Assembly (NCBI RefSeq): GCF_018350175.1
Contig: NC_058368.1
Coordinates: 171,060,001-171,124,000, forward strand
Direction: 5' to 3'
Length of the DNA: 64,000 nt
Origin: Felis catus
Taxonomy: Eukaryota
Under the pieces are notes generated by a model. The model had not been told where the DNA came from. It saw only the letters and a list, made by a program, of their open reading frames with translations, and searched no databases. The translations under genes were made by a program, and so were the position numbers. Below are positions 50,340 to 62,030 of the stretch, in pieces; the stretch's first letter is position 1, and the number at the start of each line of letters is the position of its first letter.

Positions 50340-53319
50340 GCTAATTACCCTTAACAAAGAAGAATGTTTTTTTTCCGTGGGAAATTCTGAATTTTAAAAC
50401 TGATTAAAGTAATCAACGAGTATTCTCCACAGCACTAGGGAAGAACAGAATTGCGCTCTAAGAAACTGACAAACTATATACTATTACATGATATGAAGGT
50501 GGTGTTTATCATTCAAGAGGTAGAGTAACAAAATGCCCCTAGATGTAAATATCCCTTGATCTTGTGCTGTGTTTACAACATTCTGTACATACTAGCTCTC
50601 ATTTTGAAATTAACTCAAGCACCTTGTGAGCTGAGCAAAATTCTGTCCCATTCTCCAGACTTTAATAGAGCCTGAGATACCCAGGATTAGAGTTTAGGGC
50701 ACCCTCACTGAGGCACCTTCCTGACCTGACCACTCACTGGAGACGAAAGGAGGAGACTGACCAAAGAGAGAAACAGCTGATTGGAAGACAGAAGACTCTT
50801 TGCCTTTAGAATGAACTTCTGCTTTTCAAAATTTGGGGTAATGTACCTCTTCTCCTTGTGGATGCAGTCAAGAAGGTAAGCCCTTGTCAGAAGCTTCAGA
50901 TACAGATTCCCCTGGAATTCATAGAAATACACATGCAAAGAATAATGAAGGTGCTTAGGCTTAACTAATAATATCACGTATATTTGTTGTACTTTTAAAA
51001 CATATATACATAAGATTGGGGAATAGGTAGCAAAAACAAAGGGAGTCACTTAGGATCACAGCTCAGTTAGCAACATTGATTAGCCTGTCTAAATCATGAC
51101 TAGATTGCATTACTTTTCGCTGAAAGCCCACCGTTTTACGGAACATAGCATTTGAAACAAGCATAGCTCATGTGCAGGCAGTTGGCTTATGTAGTCCTTA
51201 TATCGATTCTGTGACATTCTCATCTCACAGATGAAAAACTGAGGTAGAGAGAGGGTAAGCCCTCCGCTCAGCACAGTGTAAATAGTACAGCTGGGACTTG
51301 AACCCAGATCAGATGGACAGTGGTTAGTCCTTCACTCTTCGACTTCCCCTAATTTTTTGGCCATACTCTCTGGCTTCCTCTCTCATGTTTTCACAGACAC
51401 GTCTTCCTTCTTCTACCCCATACATTTTTGTGATTTACAGAAATGAGATGGTTCTTCAGGCAGAACAGTTTGTTGAAATGGCACCTAAACTGTCTCTAAA
51501 ACAGCTTGTGATCCTCTGAGGTGATCAATTTATTTCAAAAATGGTTTTGAATGACACCATGTGCTAGTTACTCCACTCCATACTGGTAATGACAAACTGT
51601 CAGGAAACACCCCTGAAAAACCAAGATTCTCTTCCCCCCTTCCACACACATGTATTCATTTACATACACACCTATTATTATAGCTCCTTTTAAAAGTGCA
51701 CACATATCATGACTTCATGCTCACCTTGGTTTTGGCCTTGTATGTAGCCCTTTCATTCTAAATTCAACACCTTACTGGAGTTAGAAAAGGTGTCCTAATC
51801 ATTTCTTTTAAACCGTGTAAAGTTTTATTTTTGTAGATCCTCAAAGGCATTATAATAAAATAGTGAGAATTTGACTCTGTGATTAGGAAAGCCCATGAGA
51901 CTTCCCTGAGAATTCTGAGAATGTGCACTTGAGAAGCTGAAATCAGGACAGTTCCAGGACAAATTGCCAGGTTTTCTTTTGCATGGACTTGCCTAAGTTT
52001 GCACCAAAAGGTCAGCGCCTTAAAGCACTGTAATGTCTCAACTGTACCCTGAAGAACTGAAAGGGTAAGACACCTCAGCTCCTCACTAAAGAGAGAAATC
52101 TTCAGGCAATCGAGAACACAAGTGTAGAAGGGCGTGCAAGGTGGTGCTCTGTTATCCTCCCCAACACTGAATCCGCCCAGGACAGACATCTGAAAACTTC
52201 TCTTCTTGGGTCTGCCTCCCTCATTGTCTACTGGGTATTTTCAGCCTTGTCTCTCCCCCTGGACTTCTGTTGCTTCTTCCCCAAAACCTCAAGTTCAAAT
52301 GAGCAGTCCATTGATTTCTCCTCCATGGAGTTGGGTGCTTTTCTAGTTTGAATGGGAGACAAGAGCCAAAGGCTCAGGAAAGGGGTGAATAAGTGCCTTT
52401 TCCTGGAAGAGTCTGATGAGGGGCAGAGGTTACATTTCTTTCTGTCATAAATCCTTTGCGTGGTAATTCTTCACTGGTTGTTAAGTTCAGAAACTTTTTC
52501 ATTCCTCTGTCAACAAATTTACAGTTTTGCAGTTTTAAATGTCCTGAATTCTTTCTGTCCATTTTCCACAAGTTGCAATTTACTTTAACATCTACCCTAC
52601 TCCAGGGATTTAAGGATACACAGGAACAGAGCCTCTGTTGGTGATATACCATCACATCCCTGGGAATCTAAGCAGTCAACAATTTTGATGCTTCAACTTG
52701 AGTTAGGCTACACAGAGATTAGACAGAACTGTATTTTTGTAACATATATGAAAGGAAGATTTTATGAGACAAATTAATGAGATAAAGATTTAACCTTCCA
52801 AAAGCCTAGCTCACTGTTTTAAAGACTAGCTTCAGCACATTTTCCATAATTTTCATAAAATGTGCTATAAATTACAAAAAAAGAACTTATTTATTAAAGT
52901 AGTCCCTGAAGGATCTATGCTTAGGAGTAGTTAGCACACTGGCAACTCTCTTGGTGGCCTCACAAGGTAAAAAGTAGCAGAAATCTCCATCTCCTATACA
53001 GACCTAGCTCTTTTGACTAAGTGGCCCTGATGCATCCCTACCTGAATGTCCCATGGGTATCATAAACTCACCTTATCCCAACCTGAAATTATCATTTTCT
53101 TCAAAGTCTTTGAATCGCTTCAGTTCTCTGTTTATGCAAATGGTCACAGCTCCATGCATTCACTCACTCTAGGTGGAAACCTTCTTCAACTCACTGTTCT
53201 GATCAGTCTGTGGTTGGTGTTAATCCTTTATCTTAAACAGCACCCTTCAAGCCTCAAGTAAAACATGACCTCCTGTGTGGAGCTTCCCTGATGGTGCCTG
53301 TGATACCTCATGGCACTGT

Positions 53320-53790
53320 TCATTTGACTAAGTATTTGTTGAGCACCTTCTTATTGGGCACAAAGGAAAGTGCTAAGCACTGGAGTTAGAACAGTGAACA
53401 AGACAGACCCTGGCACTGTCCTAATGGAACTTAATTCTACAGTCACAATCACAATTCATGATGCAAATCAACAAATTATAAGATAAAGAAAAAAATGTTT
53501 TAAATGATGTGCCAAAGAATGGCTGGGGGCAGGGTGGGGGAAAGGATATTTAGGGAAGGTGTCTTGGAGCTGACACTTGAGCTATAAGACCTGCAAAATG
53601 AGATGGAGCCAGTAACTGAAAGACATAGATGGTGAGCATTCTATCAGAGGGGAGGAAGGCAAGTGCAAAGGTACTGTGGCATCAATCTATGGGGTATGTA
53701 AGGCATAAGAAGAGTGTGATTGAGATCATATGGCTGGAGTGTAATGAGTAAGAGAAAAGAGTAGTGAAGATGAGATCAGAAAGGCAGGCA
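53320..53790. mobile_element. L2 3' fragment
   Basis: catttgactaagtatttgttgagcacct...acagtgaacaagacagaccctg...gcaagtgcaaaggtactgtggca. Confidence 0.6.
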
Positions 53791-53822
53791 TTCTTCTAGT
53801 TTAGCACATATCACATTGTATT

Positions 53823-53890
53823 GCCCCTCCCCCACTCACGCTCTGTCTCTCTCTGTCTCAGAAATAAACATTAAAAAAAATTTTTTTAAA
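53823..53890 (+). mobile_element. CAN-SINE 3' tail only (5'-truncated or deletion remnant)
   Basis: gcccctcccccactcacgctctgtctctctctgtctcagaaataaacattaaaaaaaa with no tRNA-derived head. Confidence 0.8.
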
Positions 53891-54045
53891 TAGAGTTTCA
53901 AGAGTCTAATAAGTTCACAATAACGAAGTTTTACTAAATGTTTGTTCCATCATCAATATTCAACTTCAAAGATGCACAGAATTTGTGGAGAATTATACAA
54001 ACTATGGTTTCCCTCCTTAGGTTATCAAGGCATATCTTAACTTTA

Positions 54046-54072
54046 AATTTTGTTAATGTTTTATTTATTTTT

Positions 54073-54105
<33 letters not shown>

Positions 54106-54275
54106 GCCATGAGTGAGGGAGGGGCAGAGAGAGAGGGAGACACAGAATCCGAAGCAGGCTCCAGGCTCTGAGCTGTCAGCACAGAGCCCAACATGGGGCT
54201 TGAACTCACAAACTGTGAAGATCATGATTTTAGCCAAACGTGGGTGCCCAACCAACTGAGCCACCCAGTCACCCC
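54046..54275 (-). mobile_element. CAN-SINE (SINEC_Fc)
   Basis: Antisense body, with TSD aaggcat(at/g)cttaacttta on both sides. Confidence 0.93.
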
Positions 54276-57175
54276 AAGGCATGCTTAACTTTAGAATTTA
54301 TTTGAGGCATTATAATTATTTTTTTAATCCTTAACCATACCAAACTCAAGTATGATTTAGTGCCAAAGTTGAAGTTGAGTTGATGCTAATCTGACTGGAT
54401 GTCAGGAAGAAAAGATAATGAATTATTCCCAATCCCCTCTCCCTGGGCAAGCAAGAGAAAAAAGTGGGACAGCTTGACTTGAATGACTTCTTTCAAAATA
54501 TTTTCCAAAGCTCATGCACAGAACCATTTTTCTCCCAGGAAAGAAACATTCAATATGGAAAATTTTGGTTTCGCTTGAAGAACAAAAAAGTCTTCAAACG
54601 TCTATCTCTCATCCATGTTAATGCCTTGTTTTCTTTTCCTCTAGCTGTTAGGGGAATAGCACCGATGTTTCATTTAGAAAGAATGAAATGATGCAGACTG
54701 CACGTAAGCAGTAGGTAAAGACACATGAGGGGGGACATAAGTCATAAGAGGGGCAGCTACTAATGTATATGTTTTTAGAGGTTCTGTGTTAGCACATTCA
54801 CCTGCATAATCTCCCTTAAACTTCCACAAATTCTTTGAGTTAGACATTCTTTAACTGATTCTAACAGATTTTAATACATTTTAACAGATACGGGATTCCT
54901 GAGTAAACAATTTGCCTGAGAGCACACACAGTTACTAAATGACAAGAGACAGGATTTGAAAGCAGGACTGACTGGCCAGAAGCTTCATTCTCTTTGACAC
55001 ACAACTTTTATACACACAAACATGCATACATATGCATGCACAAGTGAATATATATTCCTTACATAGCTATATCTGCCAACGGAAAATTTAGAAGCAGGGT
55101 TTTATCATGCCATCAAAATTTAGTATTTCCCCATCCTTCTAATGTAAACCAAAAATTACACCCCAGTCCCTAAGAACATGCTGCACGACTTCAGTTTTAG
55201 CTCAACAGTTGAAGCAAACGAACCAGGATTACAGAATGATTTAAAAATATCTATCTGTTGTTACAATAGCTTAGTTATGAAGGCCACTGTAAAATGTCAC
55301 CATTAAAGGATAGGTTTTAGAGGAAATGGAATTACTAGGAATTCCATGGTCTGTAAGACAAGGAGTTTGGACTAGAAGTGTCTCCAAATCCCTTCTGGTT
55401 CTAACATTGTAAAAATCCTATGACTTTAAAGCTTGGAATGGAATGGTTGCATGAAAATTTACAAATGGGATCTCCTGCTTAAATGCATTTCTTTAGTTGC
55501 CCTCCAACTGTGCTGACTTGTAAAATTATCATCTCACTTACACTCTACTTGGTCAAGGGTCTCTCTTTTGCACTCCTGGTAAATAGTCAGAGGTGATGGA
55601 TGGAGAGTGAGCCTACTTGGTCTGGCTCCACATCTAGGAAAAGGTGAAAAGCCTCAGTGTTAGCAACCAAGTCATCTCTTCCAGCTTCTCACTGAACACA
55701 GGGACAAGGATGCTTCTGGGTTTTTATGGGAACTGGAAATGCAGCTTTGACCGTGGGGCAGTATGTTTTCCATAAAGAACATAACTGGAATCACCTTAGA
55801 TTCAGCACCTGAAAGATGTTATTTTCCTGAAATGTTCCTCTTCATGAATCCTCCTTACTACGTATTATTAATCAGCTTAGCATAAATGATGCTGAATTTC
55901 ACAGCATGAAGGTTTAGATGAGGTAATGTTACCTTGTTACTAATGGTTACTGCTGCTTAGTTTCTCTTAAATAGCAGAATGTTGATATTCAAATGATTTA
56001 TTTTAGATTCTATGTTCATCTGTATTCAACTAAAGTCAACATAGTATTGATAATTCCAGAATTTTCCTCTATATAAACACAATTTCTGTCAACTATTAAG
56101 CAGGTTCATACATTATCTATATGTCCTCAGTTGCAGGTTACAACAGACAGTAAAGCGGGCAAATTATAGTGCGTATAATTTTCATTTGATTCTATCGGTA
56201 TTTATTTAAAAACAATTTAGGAAGCTACCATACGCCCAGCACTGTACCATGTTCTTAGATTCAAGATGAATCCTCCGCTCAAGAAAGGTGCAGCCTAGTC
56301 GGGTGGACAGAATTATAAACATACATAAAGACACTAGTCAGTATCTACTTCTCTAAAACAAAGTGTAACAAATGGTATTTGGAGGTTACTCATTAGTCCT
56401 TGACCGCACAAAAAACGGTAATGATGTGTTATTTTTATTTCGTTCAGATCAAGAAGTGGGAGCTGAAGTATTAGTCAAAAGCTCTTTGCTCAAGATATTT
56501 GGGAATAACTATTTATTCCACTGAGAATATTTAACATAATATCTTCAGTGAATTTATTTGGAAAGGGTGAGAATCTGTCCTTTTCAGTTTTCCAACAAAG
56601 ATCAATAAGAATTTGTCCTGGGTAAACTGTGATCAAAATTATCATGCCAAGATGTCTCTTTGCTCTTTACCAAGAAGACCCATAACCAAAGATAAGGTTA
56701 GAAATGATCTAAAGTTCTTCCCCTATCACAAGAGGATATCTCTTTGTTCAAAAATATGTTGCCTTCTACAGAGTGCTTAATATTCTTTTCTGTTTTTCTA
56801 AAAACCCTGGTGAGTCCAAATTTGGCTTATGTCATCACGGAGCCCTGCACGGCACAGCAACCCCGAAGTGCTTGGGGCAACCCCAAAGGTGAGCTTAAAC
56901 CAAAAGACATAGAACCACACTCCTGAACCAGGCAGGCCCTTCACCTCTAGGCCATAGGGAAAAGGTGATGAAGAGCCCCTTGTGTTTTTTTCTACTCTGT
57001 TCTTCTAGGAAACAAGTTCTTGATTCAGTATATATTCCTGGAATTTACTCTGAAGCCTCAAAGATGAAGAGCTCTAAAAACATCATTCAACTAACCAGTA
57101 TTCAGTTAGTTTGCCTTGCACTGCGTGCCTAGAATTGTGCTAGATGCTATGGACAAGAGGGAGGGAGAGAGAGAA

Positions 57176-57228
57176 GAGGAGGAGGAGGAGGAGGAGGAGG
57201 AGGAGGAGGAGGAGGAGGAGGAGGAGGA
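57176..57228. repeat. (GGA)n trinucleotide repeat
   Basis: Directly visible, about 17 units. Confidence 0.95.
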
Positions 57229-57253
57229 AGTACAGAGGAAAAGAATAAACCAG

Positions 57254-57859
57254 AGGGTAGATTAATGGTCCCCCAAAGATGTCTATGTCCTATCCCCACA
57301 ACCTCTGAATATATGACCTTACATGGTAAAGGGGACTCTGCAGATGTAATTAAAGTTATAGACCCTAAAAGAGGAAGATTATCCTAGATTATTCAGTTGT
57401 GCCCACCTAATCACATGTGCCTATAAAAGCAAAGAAACTCCTTCAGGTGCGGCAAAAAGGGATGCCACAGAAGGGGGCATTCTGAGAGACTGAAAATGTG
57501 ACAAGTCAATGCACTGTGGTAGGCTTGAAGAAGGAGGGGCAATAATGCGGGAGTGCAGGTGGCCTCAAGATGCTGAGAGATGCTTCCGGCTGACAGCCAA
57601 CAAGGAAACAAGGGCCTCAGTTCTATGAACTCAAAGAAGTGAATCTGCCAACAACCTGGAAAGCCTGGAGATGGATTCAACCGCAGAGCCTTCAGAAAGG
57701 AACACAGCCTACTGACATCCTGGTTTCTGTCTTACAAGAATCCAATCAGAGGATTCAGCTGGACTTCTAACCCATAGAACGTTGAGATAAAAGAATGAGT
57801 GTCCTTATAACTGCTAAATTTGTGATAATTTGTAATGGCACCAATGGAAAACTGATACA
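57254..57859 (+). mobile_element. MaLR solo LTR (MLT1E-like)
   Basis: taatggtcccccaaagatgtc...ccttacatggtaaagggga...tgacagccaacaaggaaac...ggaaaactgataca. Confidence 0.8.
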
Positions 57860-58185
57860 AATAATAAATGGTTCCCAGCTGCAAAGAATCTGATGGGGGA
57901 GAAAGTGAGTAAATGTCAAGCTTATAATACTATGATTTTAATAGAAGGGGTCAGTGGATAAGGCAAAATCATCCTTATGAATGAGATCAATAGTTTTGAG
58001 CATCTCTGTGATATCACCTTAAGTCTCTGTCTATATACCAGTCCTCATTTTGAGGGCATTTTATGAGATCCTCTAAGCAGATCAAGTCTTTGGGCATAGT
58101 GGTTAGTGCCTACCAATCTCTCTGTGACTTATAGGCTGTCCTAGGGTTGTGTGAGCAATCTGATCATCACATATAAAACATTTCA

Positions 58186-58420
58186 GGGGCGCCTGGGTGG
58201 CTCAGTAGGTTCATCATCTGACTTTGGATCAGGTCATGATGCCATGGTTCATGAGTTCGAGCCCTGCATCAGGCCCTGTGCTGACAGCTCAGAGCCTAGA
58301 GCCTACTTCAGATTCTGTTTCCCTCTCTCTCTGCCCCCTCCCCCGCCCACACTCTCCCTCCCTCCCTCACTCTGTCTCTCTCTCTCACAAAAATCAATAA
58401 ACATTAAAATTTTTTTTGAA
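58186..58420 (+). mobile_element. CAN-SINE (SINEC_Fc)
   Basis: ggggcgcctgggtggctcagtagg head, expanded C/T-rich region and aataaacattaaaa tail. Confidence 0.92.
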
Positions 58421-58576
58421 CACATCAAAGTTGAACAAATGACTAACATAGAATATTACTAAGAATGTAACTTGCCTTTTGCTTTCTTGAAAAAACTAAG
58501 ATAGCAACCATACTTATGTTTTATATGCAGGCTTCCTTTTAATTCTCTAGAGTGTGCATTAGGGCAAGATTATTAT

Positions 58577-58803
58577 TTTTTTTTTAATTTTTTTTTCAAC
58601 GTTTATTTATTTTTTGGGGGGGACAGAGAGAGACAGAGCATGAACGGGGGAGGGGCAGAGAGAGAGGGAGACACAGAATCGGAAACAGGCTCCAGGCTCT
58701 GAGCCATCAGCCCAGAGCCTGATGCGGGGCTCGAACTCCCGGACTGCGAGATCGTGACCTGTCTGAAGTCGGACGCTTAACGACTGCGCCACCCAGGCAC
58801 CCC
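58577..58803 (-). mobile_element. Young CAN-SINE (SINEC_Fc)
   Basis: Antisense copy close in sequence to the 3663 and 60896 copies, with TSD agggcaagattatt on both sides. Confidence 0.96.
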
Positions 58804-58989
58804 AGGGCAAGATTATTTTTAATAATCCAGAGAGTGAATTTACAGCATAAATTATTGACTAATAATGATCAAGACACATCTTGTGGGTGGTGAAAGAAAA
58901 AGTAGACAAGGGCTTTGTAAAATATGCTTTGGAAACCTGGTGTAAAGAAAACATCCCAAATTATTCTCTCAATTATTAATAGAGATAGA

Positions 58990-59415
58990 AGACTAGCAAC
59001 AATCTGGGGGAAATATTCTCATATCACAGAGAAAGGTCTCATTTTTTTTTTATTATCCAAAGAGCTCCCATAAATCAACAAAGGACCAACAACTTTATAA
59101 AATAATAGATTAGGTATATTAAAAGAGAAATTCTGGAAAAGGAAATACAAATGCTTTTAAACTTTTGAGAAGAGACTCAAAGACTCTCAAATTAAAACTA
59201 CAAAGAAACATGATTTATACATATTGGACAGACATGTTCAAACATTTGCTGATTTACTGTGGCCATGTGTATGAGGTGAAACAGTGTCAGATTTTGCCAG
59301 AGGTGCACATGCTAGTTGAAAACACTTTGGAGACAAATCACTTCTGGACCTTTTGGCTACGATCAAGTGGAGACAATTTATTCATATCCACTAGAGATTT
59401 CTCTAATGTTTACTT

Positions 59416-59463
<48 letters not shown>

Positions 59464-60430
59464 ACACATGCATGTGCACAAGTGGGGGAGGAACAGAGAG
59501 AGGGAGACAGAGGATCCCAAGTGGGCTTTGTGCTGACAGCAGCGAGCCCAATGCAAGGCTCAAACTCATGAACCTTGAGATCATGACCTGAGCCAAAGTT
59601 GGACACTTAACCAACTGAGCCACCTAGGCACCCCTATTCACATTTACCAACATTAATAATGCACATATCTCTCTGTCCAGCAACTTTACTTCTTATACTT
59701 CTTACACTTGTATACGTGAAAAGCGATCTATGCACAAGGATAATATTTGGGACACACTTTATAAAAGCGAATGTTTGGAAACAACTTACATTTCTGCTAT
59801 CAGTGGGCTAGTTTAAATAAATCATGGAAAATCCACTGAATACTGTACAGCAGTTAAAGAGAATGAACAAACTTGGAATAACCATTTTGCAAAACCGTTT
59901 GGCTATGTTTCCTAAAGCTAATGAAAGGGCAACCTCATAACCCAGTCTGCACTTAGATAAATACCCAAGATAAATGAATACCTGTATCCGCTAAAAGATA
60001 TGCCTAAGTCTGTCTATAGCAGCTTTAATCAAAATAATCCCAAACTAAAAACAATCCAGGTGTCCATCAACAGGAGAATGAGTAAATAAATAGTGATCTA
60101 TTCATATAATGGTATAATACTCAGCAATAAAAATAAATTGATACATGTGACAACATGGAAAATCTTTCCAACATGTTGAGGGAAAGAAGGAAAATACAGA
60201 TATGGTTTCATGTATATGAAGTTTCAAAACAGGCAAAACTAATCGTAATGATAGAGTAGAAGTTGCCTCTGGTGGCATGGGGGAGCATTCTAAAATGATG
60301 GGAATGTTCTGTATCATGATCTGAATTGTGGTTGCATGAATGTATACATAAAATTCTTCCTGATGCACACTTAAGACTGATGCACTTTATACACTTTCTG
60401 ATTTATGTTTCACTTCAATAAAAACCTAAA
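58990..60430 (+). mobile_element. Old L1 (L1MC/ME-like) fragments
   Basis: Sense L1 ORF2-end/3'UTR motifs (aatagcccaaa-like ataatcccaaact, gtccatcaacaggagaatg, aaaacaggcaaaactaat, cacttcaataaaaa). Confidence 0.7.
59404..59634 (-). mobile_element. CAN-SINE nested in old L1
   Basis: Long (GA)n and antisense body ending gagccacctaggcacccc. Confidence 0.92.
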
Positions 60431-60895
60431 AGAGGAAGAATAGGGAAAAACATGAGGATGAGTAAGAGGACAGCATACTTAGACATATCTGTGTATTTAA
60501 TTTATACGCTAGATTATTAAGTGAAAGCATTTCTCAACTAGAGTTCCTCATCTGAACCACAACACATAGATGAGTCTTTATAACTTTTTCCTCAAATCTC
60601 CCAAGTATGGTACATAATACTGTTCCTGAGGCCTAGGAGAAATGTTAATTTATTACATGCCATGGATACCTTCATGTGCCAGAACTTAACTTTCTCAAGG
60701 AATCCTGGCTGAGAATGTTTACATATGCTACATTTTGTGTTGTTTTTAAAAAATATATGTTTATCACAAAAAACAAATAGTGATTGTTTGGGGCAGGAAC
60801 TGGGTAGGTCATTTCTAGCTATTATGACCAATTGTACAATTTGAATTGTGTACTATGTGCATGTAAACACACAGATTTCTAGATGGGGCCGTTGG

Positions 60896-61111
60896 TGGGC
60901 GCCTGGGTGGAGCAGTCGGTTAAGCGTCCGACTTCAGCCAGGTCACGATCTCGCGGTCCGTGAGTTCGAGCCCCGCGTCAGGCTCTGGGCTGATGGCTCA
61001 GAGCCTGGAGCCTGTTTCCGATTCTGTGTCTCCCTCTCTCTCTCTGCCCCTCCCCCGTTCATGCTCTGTCTCTCTCTGTCCCAAAAATAAATAAACGTTG
61101 AAAAAAAAAAT
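60896..61111 (+). mobile_element. Very young CAN-SINE (SINEC_Fc)
   Basis: Nearly identical to the 3663 copy, with a perfect 16-bp TSD tagatggggccgttgg at 60880-60895 and 61112-61127. Confidence 0.97.
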
Positions 61112-61859
61112 TAGATGGGGCCGTTGGAGTGTAAGAGAGCTGGGATACTTAGGAATAAATGTATGATTGTATGTTAACAAAGAAATATATGCTAGCCACA
61201 TTTTGCAGCAAAAAATGTTTTAGACTCAAGTTTTAAATCCAAAATGCTGTTTTTATTACTTTGAATAATCTAAGAAAGAAAAAATAAGAATTTTGATGGC
61301 AAAGTGTATGATTGAAGATTTCCAAACTTCCAGAAATTGTAGATGTAGAGGAAAAAAAGAAATTTTTCAGGGGCATAATTAAAGTATGGCAAGGTTCCAG
61401 TAATATTCTACTAGCAGTTTGGGTCTCTTCTTCCCACCTAGCCCAACTGTCATCTGATGGCCTGTGTGATGGCTTATGTGAAATAGTTGATGATTGAGAT
61501 AAATAGGGGAGGGGAGGCTCAGCAATTTGACTGTTTCCCTGGTAATTTTAAAGGCCAGACAGCAAAATATCAAAATAGCTCCTGGTTTGCTGGTGGGTCA
61601 AGGTAAGTAAAGCCAAAGAAAGACAAAGAAACTGAAGCCTGATGGCAGACAGTATTGGATTTTCTAGAGACCAATTTAACACGCATGTGCGCGCACATAC
61701 ATTCACATACACCAGAAACGGGAGTGGTCTTGGTGAGCAGAAGCAAGTCATGTTCCAGTCTCCAGCCAACACATCAGGCTCTTGATATACCAGGAAAGTC
61801 GCACCAGAATTCCCAGATACATTTGTAATAATGGAGATAACAGTAACTACTATAGAATA

Positions 61860-62030
61860 AGAACTATGAGATTTATTGAGCACATCAAGGCATGTGCCAA
61901 GTGCTTCAGGTACACTATATTGTTAAACCCTCAGAGCATCCCATTGCAGTAATGATGCTGTTATCCTCATACTACAAATGAGGAAACAGACTCAATGAGT
62001 TTAAGTAGCTTGCTTAATAGTTGAGTGTGG
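61860..62030. mobile_element. MIR fragment (similar cores near 270-380, 3320-3480, 21960-22110, 29790-29910, 51220-51310, 54780-54990)
   Basis: atttattgagcac...tgtgccaagtgct...tacaaatgaggaaacagactca MIR core. Confidence 0.65.

Noticed and set aside
53934..61201. Multiple ORFs with ERERER / SLSLSL / GAWVAQ content
   Set aside because: They are translations of CAN-SINE bodies and tails.
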